Below are positions 44,001-56,000 of a DNA stretch of 64,000 bases, one piece after another; positions within the stretch are counted from its first letter, which is position 1, and each line of letters opens with the position of its first letter. Source of the DNA: an uncultured delta proteobacterium (GTDB taxonomy: Bacteria > Desulfobacterota > Desulfobacteria > Desulfobacterales > SG8-13). The DNA is taken from positions 509,684-573,683 of the forward strand of contig CAWKCK010000002.1 of assembly GCA_963848135.1 (NCBI GenBank), given 5' to 3'. The notes beneath the pieces were generated by a model. That model searched no databases. It was given only the letters and a program-made list of their open reading frames with translations, and was not told the DNA's origin. Both the position numbers and the translations under genes were made by a program.

Positions 44001-47000
44001 CACCGTCGGGGCATCGTTGGAGTTGCTGATGACGATATCGAAGGTATCACTTACGGTCCCGCCGTTGCCGTCATCGGCCGTCACCGTGACCGTTACCGTA
44101 CACACATCCGCGTTCAGAGGGGTGCCGCTGAACGTGCGCGTGGCGGCATTGAAGCTCAGCCAGCCGGCAGCATCCGACGTATAGGTCAGCGTGTCGCCAA
44201 CATCGATATCAGCGAACGTGTTGGAGGCAAAGGTAAAGGTAAACGGCGTGTCTTCGGTCGCTACCTGATCGGGAATCGGGTTGGAAACCGTTGGCGCATC
44301 GTTGGTGCTTCCAACCACGATATCAAAGGTGTCTGAGACAATACCGCCATTGCCGTCATCGGCCGTCACCGTGACTGTCACCGTGCCAACATCTGCGTTC
44401 AGAGGATTACCAGAGAACGTGCGCGTGACCGCGTTAAATGACAACCAACCTGCGGCATCCGAAGTATAGGTTAAGGTGTCACCCACATCGATATCAGCGA
44501 AGGTGTTGGCGGCAAAGGTAAAGCTGAATGGAGCATCTTCGGTTGCCACCTGGTCGGGGATCGGATTGGCCACTGTCGGCGCATCGTTGCTGTTGCCAAC
44601 CACGATATCAAAGGTGTCGGAAACCGTGCCGCCGTTGCCGTCATCGGCAATCACTGTGACCGTCACTGTACCCACATCCGCGTTGAGCGGTGTGCCAGTA
44701 AAGGTTCTTGTAGCCGCATTGAAACTCAGCCAACCGGCGGCATCGGAGGTGTAGGTTAACGTATCGCCCACATCGATATCAGCGAAAGAGTTGGCCGCAA
44801 AAGTAAAGCTAAACGGTGTGTCTTCTGTCGCCACCTGATCGGGAATCGGATTCGCTATCGTTGGCGCGTCGTTGCTGTTGCCCACCACGATATCGAAAGT
44901 GTCTGAGACCGTGCCGCCGTTGCCGTCATCGGCTGTGACCGTCACCGTCACCGTGCCCACATCCGCGTTGAGCGGTGTGCCAGTAAAGGTGCGCGTGGCC
45001 GCATTGAAGCTCAACCAGCCCGATGCATCAGAAGTATAGGTCAGGGTGTCGCCCACATCGATATCAGCGAACGTATTGGCGGCAAAGGTAAAGCTAAACG
45101 GTGTGTCTTCTGTGACCACCTGATCGGGGATCGGATTGGCCACTGTCGGCGCATCGTTGCTGTTGCCAACCACAATATCAAAGGTGTCGGAGACCGTGCC
45201 GCCATTGCCGTCATCGGCCGTGACCGTCACTGTCACCGTGCCCACATCCGCGTTAAGCGGCGTGCCGGTAAAGGTTCTGGTGGCGGCATTGAATGACAAC
45301 CAGCCCGAAGCATCGGAAGTATAAGTCAGGGTATCGCCGTCGAGATCGTTGAAGGTGCTGGCCGCAAACGTAAAGCTGAACGGAACATCTTCGGTGGCCA
45401 CCTGATCAGGAATCGGATTGGCCATCGTCGGCGCATCGTTCGCCTGTGTGATGACCACATTTACGGCAAACTCCGAGGTTGAGCCATAAGCGAGCTGATC
45501 ATCAATGCCGACCTGGGCCGGATCAGTGATTCGAGTAACAGTTGCAGTCACGAAGTCACCCGCGACCAGGATCACTCCTGGAAAAGTAATGTTTGCGAAT
45601 GTGGCATCGCCGCTGCCATCAGTTGTGACCGTTTCACTGCCCAGATAAATGCGTCCCTCGCCGTTGGTGGTGTCCTCTGTTCCTGCGGTATTGCCATAGA
45701 ACTCGATACGATACTGGGTGTTAAATCCATCTGTATCGAGCATGCCGCTCAGCGTCAGGTCCGTGCCATTCAGGTCAGCGGATGTAATGACCGGGTAATT
45801 CTGCAGGTCATTCGGTCCGGCGTCCACATCGTCGACGTCGTTCGCGGTGACACCATCTGAAGTCAAGTCTATGCCGAGTGTTCCGTTATTGTAGATTTCA
45901 TTAGCGAGGATTGTATTGCCCGCCGCAGTGGCGCCACCGACCATGACACCAGCGCCGAGATGCCCGGAAATCACATTTGCGGCACCGGCCACCGTACCAC
46001 CGATGAGGTTGTCAGACACACTCGACAAAAGGATCCCGCCACTGCTCGCGTTTCCATTGCCGATCGCGGATGCCTCGGATGCATCCAGACCTATGATGTT
46101 GCCCTGAATCGCGTTTCCGGTCGTATTCGGTCCCCACGTGTAAACGCCATAGGTGATGTTTCCACTGATGATGTTTCCGGCGCCGGCCGCCGCGCCGCCG
46201 ATGGTATTGCCCGGCGCGTCGTAGAGGTAGACACCAATCTGCTGACCGGGTCCAATGTTAGTGAGTGCGGCAGAGCCGTCCATATTGGTGCCGATGAAGT
46301 TACCGCTCACCACGTTATCGGTCGCGGTCGAGCCAACAATGAGCAGCCCGCGGAGCCGATTACCGGATAGCACATTCGCTTCGCCGGCAGCAGTGCCACC
46401 GATGGTATTGCCCCAGGATTCGCTGATTGTGATGCCGGTATCTTGAATATCATTTCCGGCCTGAATGTTGCCGGTTATGTCAGTTCCGATATAATTGCCA
46501 AGAATTACGGTTCCGGTAACGGAAGTCGTGTAGGTTGCATCCGTTGCACCGTCGACATAGATACCGCTGAAGTCATCGCCTCCGGTATTGCCGGAAATGA
46601 TGTTTCCGGCGCCAGATGCCGATCCACCGATTCGGTTGCCGTCCGATGACAGGCTAATAAGTATGCCGTGTTCGACATTGCCCGCCACACTTGTGCCATC
46701 GGCTTTGAGACCAATAATGTTGCCTTCAATGACATTGTTATCGCTGTTTTGACGGATGATGATCCCCGAGAAGCCATTGCCTGCGACGACATTGCCTTCA
46801 TTGGGCCCGCTTCCGCCTATCTGGTTGTTGTGGGCATCGACGCTAATCATAATGCCGTGCTCGGCATTGCCGGCCAGGTTGCCGTCCTTATCGATACCGA
46901 CCCAGTTGTTCTGAATGATGTTGTTGTCGCCGAAACCGGTCGAGCCATCGATCTCGATGCCTTCATCGGCAAAGTTGATGACAATAAAGCCCTTGACGGT

Positions 47001-50000
47001 GCTGTCGTTGGCCTGGATCCGGATACCGTTGATGCCTGAACTCGCTGGGGTCGCGGAACCGTCCAGAGTAATTAGCGGTGTGCCGCTGTAACCAGGTTGA
47101 GTGGTGGCATCCAGGATGACCGAGTCCGTAATAACGGGCAAACCAGCCGAGTCAACCATGATCGTTTGCGGACCGCCAGCGCCGATATTAAAGGTGATGG
47201 AGTCAGTCACACCGACATTTTTATTGGCGTTTTCTATAGCTTCATAAAGGGATCCTGAACCTGTTGCATTCGTATTGGTGACGACGAGTTCCAATGCATC
47301 TGTAACGTTAATGCTGATCGCCTGGGTATCCACGCCACCCTTGCTGTCGCTGGCCTGAACGGTTACTTCGTATACGTTGTTGCTGTCGGCGTCGGTCGGC
47401 GCTTCAAAGTTCGGCGCGCTGTTGAACGTCAGGACACCCGTGTTGGTATCAATGTCGAACAGTGCCGCATCAGCACCGCCAGTGATGCTAAAAGTGGGTG
47501 TATCGCCATCTCCGTCAGTAGCTATTACAGTGGTCACGGCGGTAGTGTTTTCTACGACGTTGATGCCTGCGGTCGACCCGCCGCCGTTGGAAGTAATCAC
47601 CGGAGCCGCATTGGTTATGGCGATGATTCCTGCAGAAAACTCGGAGGTCGATCCATATGCAAGCTGGTCATCAACACCCACTTGACCGGGATCCTCGATG
47701 ACAGTGGCAGTGGCCGTGATGAACTCGCCGACTGCGACGGAAACCGACAGCGGCGCACTAAAGACCGCGCCACCCGCGACGTCGGTGCTCACGTCGACAT
47801 AGCCGAGGTAGCTTTCGGCCTCGCCAAAGCCGCTTGCATCAGCCGAAGTACTGGCAAAGAATTCGATACGGAATGTCGTGTTGGCCATACTTACCAGGGC
47901 GCCGTCGATCGTAATGGTCGTACCACCGTCGGTGTTGGCTGCCGACAATACTGGGTAGTTCTGCAGCAGGTTTGCGCCAATATCGCTGTCATCCGTGTCG
48001 TTGCCGGTCACACCGAAGCCGTCCTCGGTGCCTCCTGCCAGATCGATGCCTAGTTCGCCGTTATTGTAGACAGTGTTGCCTATAATTGAATGCCTCGAAC
48101 CGGAGCTGATCTTGACCCCATCCAGCGTGTTGTAGGCTATGATATTTCCCTCGCCAGTATCGGTGCCGCCAATCAGTGTATCCATGGGAGTCGAAGAAGT
48201 GACAATACCGTTCTGCTGGTTTCCGAGGTCAAGCGTTGCGCCGGTATCGGTGCCGATATAGTTACCCTGCATCGTATGACCGGAGCCTCCATAGAGCAGG
48301 ATACCCTGGCCGCTGTTGCCGCCGATCACGTTGCCGTCATTCGCACCGGAACCGCCGATGATCGCGCTTGACGTAGACCAGAGAGAGATACCGTGAACGG
48401 TATTGCCCAGTGTGGCGGTTCCATTGACGTCGACACCGATGTAGTTACCCAGTATAGTCGTGCCGGTTGACGCGTAATCGTAGATACCGCTGCCGTTATT
48501 TCCAGAGATCACGTTACGCGCAGCTGTCGTGGCGCCGCCGATAGTGCTGCCAGTCGAACTCTCGATGCGGATACCCTGCCCGCTATTTCCGAGATCAAGT
48601 GTACCGGTCACGTCGGTACCGATCAGGTTGCCCTCAACCGTGTTGTTGTCGGCACCGTTAATCAGGATGCCGTTCTGGGCATTGCCGCTGATCAGGTTGC
48701 CTTCGCTCGCACCGGTACCGCCGATCAGGTTGCCGGTCGCACCGTTCTGAATTTCGACACCGTCATCGGAACGGTTGCCCCGGTCCAGCGTACCAGTGAT
48801 GTCGGTGCCGATGTAGTTACCCTGAACGGTATTATTGTTCGAGTTGATCTCGATGCCTTCAACATTGTTCGAGATGATGTTGCGCTCGGCTGCTGTACTA
48901 CCGCCGATGGTCGTGTTATGCGCACCAGAGAGCAAGGCGATACCGACATCAGCGTTGCCCGAGCCGCTCGCACCGTCCGGATCGAGTCCAATGATGTTGC
49001 CCTGGATGATGGTTCCGGTGGCACCGACACCAGTAACATTGATGCCTTCGTTGCCGTTGTTAGTGATGACGTTGCCTTCGTTGGCGCCAGTTCCGCCGAT
49101 GATGGTATCGGCGCCCTGAATGTAGATACCGGTATTCCCGTTTCCGACACCGCTCGATCCTGTGCCAGTGGTGCCGATCCAGTTGTTAGTGATGGTGATA
49201 CCGTCGGCCCCAGAGTCGACCTGGATACCGTGTTGGTTGAAACCGGTGATCATGAGACCCTTGACCTCACTGCCGTCGCTGGTCGATGTGAAGGTCAGAC
49301 CGTTGACACCCGCACCGGCCGAACTGCCGTCAAGCCGGATGATGGGATCTCCAGCGTAGTCAGGATCGGTTGCGCCGTCGATGATCACGGTATCGGTAAT
49401 CGCCGGCAACGCACCTGTCAGGCTGATCACATGGGGGCCACCACCCGGGATGTTGAAAGTAATCGTATCAGTAACGCCAACATTGGCATTGGCATTCAGT
49501 ATGGCCTCATACAGTGAACCGGTTCCTGTGGCATTCGTATTTGTAACAACAAGCTCCAGTGCATCGGTTACCGTGACGCCAATCGCCTGGGTATCGGTGC
49601 CACCGTTGCCGTCACTGGCCTGCACGGTGACTTGATACACATTGTTCGCACCGGCGTCGGCAGGTGCTTCGAAATTCGGTGAACTGTTGAACGTCAGCGC
49701 ACCGTTGTTGGCATCGATGCTGAACAGCGCCGCGTCGACCCCACCGCTGATCGAATAGTTGACCGTGTCGAGATCAGCGTCGGTGGCGGTGACTGTAGTG
49801 GCCGCCGTTGAGTTCTCTGCGACGTTGACACTAGCCGTGTCACCGCCGCCGTTGGAGGTAATCGTTGGAGCCTGATTCGTTCCGATGGCTTGTATGTTTG
49901 CGGCAAACTCGGATGTGTCTCCATAGGTATCGCTGCCAAAGTCGACGGTAGCGGTCGCAGTGATAAATTCACCTGCAGCAACCGTGGCAGAGAGTGTTTC

Positions 50001-53000
50001 GGTGAATGACCCATCACCGGCAGCATCGGTCGTTACGGATATGGCACCGATAAAGCGTTCCGCTTCGCCGTGACCGCTGGCATCCTCGGTGGCATTGGCG
50101 AAAAACTCTATACGGTAGATTGTGCTGGCATTTGAATTCAGCTTACCGGTGAAGATAACAGAGCCGCTACCATCTGTCACAGCACTGTCGAGGACAGGAA
50201 AATTCTGCAGATTGTTGGTGCCACCGTCACCGTCTCCTGAGTCGTTGAGCGTAACGATATTGTCATCGTTCAGGTCTATCGCCAAACCGTTATTTGAGAA
50301 AAAGAGATTCCGTAAAATTGCATTGGCCGTGCCTGAAACTGAGAAGGTAATCCCCTCAGAATCGTTGAAGGCGATAACATTTCCTTCGCCATCATTCACA
50401 CCACCAATCAGGTTGCCGGTAGATCCAGAGTTGATATAGATGCCACTGCCCTGGTTGCTGACATTCATCGTTCCGGACGGGTCGGTGCCAATGAGATTAT
50501 TTTGGACAACATTGTTGTCGGAATTGAGGAGCCAAATGCCTGACTTGTCATTACCGGAAACGACATTGTTTGAGATTGTGTTTCCATCGGCATTATTGAG
50601 ATGAATGGCCCCATAGGCCGTCATACCAAGCGCCGTCGTTCCGTTCACATCCGTACCGATGTAATTGCCGGTAATGGTCACATTGGTTGCGCCGTCGATC
50701 TCAATCCCACTACCGTAATTGCCGGTAAACCGGTTGATCACCAACCCCTCTATTCTGCTGCCGCTGCCGCCGGCAGATATTTTGATTCCGTCAACATCTG
50801 CACCTGCAGCGCTACCGACCAACTCAATAATCGGTGTACCGCTGTAGCCGGGTTGGGTGGTGGCGTCGACGATGACCGAGTCGGTAATGGCTGGCAAACC
50901 ACCGGCACCGACAGTAATCGTCTGGGGGCCTCCACCACCGATATTGAAGATGATCGTGTCGGTTACGCCGGCATTTTTGTTGGCGTTCTCTATGGCCTCA
51001 TACAGGGAACCTGTGCCCGTTGCGTTCGAGTTGGTGACAACCAGCTCCAGGACATCAGTCACCGTAACGCTGATTGCCTGGGTATCGGTGCCACCGTTGC
51101 CGTCGCTGGCCTGCACGGTAACGTCATACACATTGTTCGCACCGGCGTCGGCAGGTGCTTCGAAGTTCGGCGCGCTGTTGAACGTCAGCGCACCGCTGTT
51201 GGCATCGATGCTGAACAGTGCCGAGTCGGCCCCACCGCTTATCGAATAGTTGACCGTGTCGAGATCAGCGTCGGTGGCGGTGACTGTAGTGACCGCCGTT
51301 GAGTTCTCGACGACATTGACGCTCGCCGTGTCACCGCCACCATTGGAGGTAATGACTGGAGCATCATTGACCGCATTGACAGTAATGAGTATGAACTGGG
51401 AGATGTTATCCACCCCACCATTTGCGGTACCTCCCGAATCATATACATTGAACTGGAATGCCGTCGTTCCACTTGCATTATCTGCCGGCTTGAATTGCAT
51501 GCCTTGAATATCAGCCAACGTATATGAACCGGTTGTTACCCGTGTAGTACCGTCAGATAGAAAGATGTCGCCTGAAGTGGCTGCCGGTATGGCAGTTACT
51601 TGATAAGTTAGCGTCTGGGTACTCTCATCACTTCCGCCACCAGGTCCGTATGTTACGCTTTCCAAACCAAGGGAAGTCAAACCAGAGTCTTCGTTGACGG
51701 TCAGGTTGTTGACAGTTCCGGTAAGTAATACCGGCGCATCGTTTGTAGAAGCAACCGTGATGTCGACAGTGTCCGTGATCGTTGGGTACGCAGCGTACAG
51801 CGCCGCGATCTCACCGGCATTCAGGGCACGGTCATAAATGATGACATCGTCAAGGTCCCCAACCATGGCATTCGATCCGGTTGATTGCTGACCGATATAC
51901 GTGTCCGCCACACCGACAGCCCAGTTGATGGCGTTCCCGCTGAAACCAAATGTTAAGGCTTGAACACCATCGATATAGGTGACAATTTGGTCATTCGCGA
52001 CGTCGATTGTGGCCGCAACGTGTCGCCATCCCGTGCCAGCCACATTGGCGAATGAGCCGTGTCCATAGTTACCAGTATCAGTTCTTGTCCACACCTGCAT
52101 GCCGACGATGGTGTCAAGCTGCAGCCACACGACGTCTCCCAAGGAGATGGCGTAGTTGTAGGTTTGCCCTGCATCCAGGTTGACCCATGCTGCCAGCGTG
52201 AGTGCCTGCGGGTCACCAAACCGGCCGGGGATCTGCACATAATCGCCGCTACTGAAGCTGAGGACATCGCCACGCTGCGCATCGGTGGTGGCTGTTGCGC
52301 CGAAGACCGTACCGTTATTTCCGTTTCCACTGTCGTCCGTACCATCGCCCGCGTTGAATGAATACAGTCCCTGCAAATCCGAGACGGTGTCTCCGCCGGA
52401 GACAATTGCCAACGTATCACCCCCGTTGAATTCACCGTCTGGTGTGTAGGTAAGATTCTCAAGCGCACTGTTGATCGCGCTCTCGGTTCCCACGATGTCA
52501 AGCATCGAAGTTCCATCGGTCGAACCGCTGACAAAGGTAATGCCAGCCAACGAACCCAGCGACAGCGTCCCGTTTGTGACCGACAGCGTCATGTTGACAG
52601 CGGAATCACTAGCGCCCAGATCGCTTACGGTGATTGCGTTGCCATTGGTCGTTGAAAAAACCAATGGAACATCTTCGTTCGTTGACTGTACGATCGGAAC
52701 GGTAACTACGAGCACATTATTGACGGTTATATTAAAGGTTTCAGCGTCGGACAGGGCGCCGGTGCCGTTATCGGTAACCGTGACGGTGACGCTATGGATG
52801 CCGTCCTGACCCTCGGCGGGTGTCCAAGAGAACACACCGGTATTGGCATCGATGTTCATTCCCAGTGCGATGGAGGCGGCATCGAGGCTGAAGGACAGGT
52901 TGTTGGCCGGCAAATCGTCATCGGTGGCCGTTGCGGTAAAGGTTAATTCGGTAAGTTCATCAACGTTGTGATTGCCGATGGCCGCCAGCACCGGGGCATC

Positions 53001-56000
53001 GTTTGTATTGCCGACAACGATATCAAAGGTGTCTGAGACAGTACCACCGTTGCCGTCATCGGCCGTGACGGTCACTGTCACTGTGCCCACATCGGCATTG
53101 AGCGGCGTGCCGGTAAAGGTTCTGGTGCCGGCATTGAAGTTTAGCCAGCCCGAGGCATCAGAGGTATACGTCAGGTTATCGCCAACATCGACATCAGCAA
53201 AAGTATTGGCTGCGAACTGAAAGTTAAACGGCGCGTCCTCTGTCGCTACCTGATCGGGAATCGGATTCGCCACTGTCGGGGCATCGTTGACCGCAACCAC
53301 TGAAATTGTCTTGGTAGCGGTGTTCGAGGCATCTATACCATCGTTAAAAATGATGCTGACGGTGCGATCCAGTGTACTCGGGCTGTCGCTCCCGTTGTAA
53401 AAGGTCACCGAGCGGAGAGCGGTCTCGAATTCGGCTACCGTGGCCGTCTGCCCGCCGGCGACATATAGGGTCATGGTGTTGCCGACCAGATTATGATGGA
53501 TATTTACCGTGTCGGTAAAGCCAAGTAGATCATTACCGTCGAAATTTCCGGTAATTCTAACCTCCGCAGTAAAATCGGCTGAAGGATTGGCGCCGGCATT
53601 ACCGTCACTGTCTGCGAGTTGCAGCTCCGGACTGATGGCAATCGGGGAGGCTTGTTCTGAATATGCGATTGCATCCACACTGGTCTTAATTTCAGGCACG
53701 TTGTTGCTTACGGCCACCGCTGTAACCTGAGCGGAGAACTCTGAGGTGCTTCCGAATTTACCGCTGCCAAGATCGACAGTTGCCGTTGCGGTGATGTAAT
53801 CGCCGACGTATACGGGATTCAGCGAGGCGCTGAAGCTAGCGTCACCGCTGCTGTCTGTAGTCACCGAAGTCGATCCAACAATCCAGCGCCCCTCTCCATG
53901 ACCGGAACTATCGGCGGTGATATTTGCGAAAAATTCGATGCGAAAGGTGGTCGATGGTGTGCTGGTAAACTTGCCGTCGATGGTGGCCTGGTTGCTGCCG
54001 TTGACCGCGGGTATTCCTATCTCAGTGTAGTTCTGGAGACTATTTGACCCTGTATCACTGTCATCAGCGTCATTGGCGGTTACGCCATAACCGTCTTCGA
54101 TACCGCCCACCAGGTCAATGCCGAGTCCGCTGTTGTCGTGGATACTGTTGCCCAGGATCGCTATGCCGCCAGCACCGTTGATCAGCACTCCCGCGGTTTT
54201 GTTGAACGCGACGAGGTTGGCATCCCCCGGATTTATTCCCCCAACCAGGGAATTATCAGCGCCGCCGTACAGCGAGATGCCAACCTGGTTTGAATGGGCG
54301 ATGGTTCCTGTGATGTCGGTTCCGATATAGTTGCCCTGGATGACGTGTGGTCCTCCATCGGCCAAATCAATGGCCGCACCGGTAAAGTTGCGGATACCCA
54401 AACCACGGATTGTGACGGGTCCACCATCGGTACGAAATCCGTGCTGGTCGCTACCACTGAGAAGGGCGCCGTCAATGTCGATGCTGGGTGTGCCATCGTA
54501 ACCATTCTGTGTCGTTCCATCGATCATTACAGAATCGTTGATAAATGGCAGCATTGAGCCGGTCACCTGGATATGATAACTATTTGTTCCCGAATCGTAG
54601 TTGGGATCGGTATTCGCTATATCAAATTGAATTTGATCCGGGTTACCGTTTATGTTGACCGTACTGTCCGCCGCCAGCATGGCCTCACGAAGCGACGTCT
54701 CTCCGTCACCGGCGTTAATTGTGTCGGCTGTAGTCGTGACCACAAATTCACCCGCATCGGTCACCGTAACACTAATGGCTTGGGTATCCGTGCCGCCATT
54801 GCCGTCGTCAGTCGTGACTTCGACTTCATAGATGTTGTTGTTATCGTTATCGGTGGGATTCTCGAAATCTGGGGCGGCCTTGAATGTCAATACACCTGAA
54901 TTGGAGTCGATATCGAATAGTGCGGTATCGTCACCCCCGGTGATGCTGAAAGTGGGCACATCGCCGGTATCGGGGTCTGTTGCGGTAACGGTCGTCACCG
55001 CTGTGGTGTTCTCGGCCACGTTGATGTTGGCTGTTGGACCACCCCCGTCAGAAGTGATGGTCGGCGGTGCCAGTAAATGCAGCCAGTCGTCTTTTGATTC
55101 AGGATGGACCGAAATCTCTGTTTCAACGGCACCAGCAACAAATTCCAAATCCCAATCACCGCCTCGATCCGTATGTCCTGTGGTATCGATGGATGCCGTC
55201 ACATCAGCGCCGGTCAACTCGGCAATGTTGTCAAGCAAGGTTTGCCCATTGCTACCGGCCGCAATATTACAACCGTAGAAAAGCATATCCCCGTTTTCAG
55301 TGAGGGCATTCCCCCAGCCTGCAACAGCATCACTATTCTGTTGCAGGCTGGTGCTGTTCAACCAATTGTTGCCCAGGTTGATCTGTCCGTCGGACCCGTG
55401 GGTAATAAAATGTACGGCAGCCAGGTCCGATCGATTGGCGAGGATTTCACTGACCTGTTCAATTCCGTCCCGGTCCGCGTCGAGAACCACCGTTTCGATA
55501 ACCCGATTGTTATCACCTCCTTGCAAATCGGCTATCAGTTGTTCGTAATCCGTAATATTGTCATTAATAAATATCAGCTCGCGCTTCATCGCCGCATCCA
55601 TCAAATCTTGCTGCGGATTATCATTCGACTCGGCGCCGTTCGGGAGAGGATCGTCGGTAAGTGGTGGTGTTTGATTGGATGTTGATTGCCCTTCAGGATC
55701 AACGTTATCTGCGTTGTCGGCTTGGAAGGCGTCTAAGACAGGAGCCTCAGCCAGTACATCGACATACGTACCAGTACCGAGGGTGTGTTGGTTTTGAAAT
55801 AGTGCATCCGAATAGAAAGTGTCAGGACCTTCTGCCAGAGTGACAGTTGTCGTTGAGAAATCGCCGGGGGTACTCGCCTGGGTATCCGGGGATGGACCAT
55901 CAGCACCCGCCCCCCAACTTCCGGAAAGCAGCAACCGGGGCTCAAGGGCTTCAAAACGGATACCGACATCAGGTCCGTTCCGTTTATTTCTGATCCGTTC

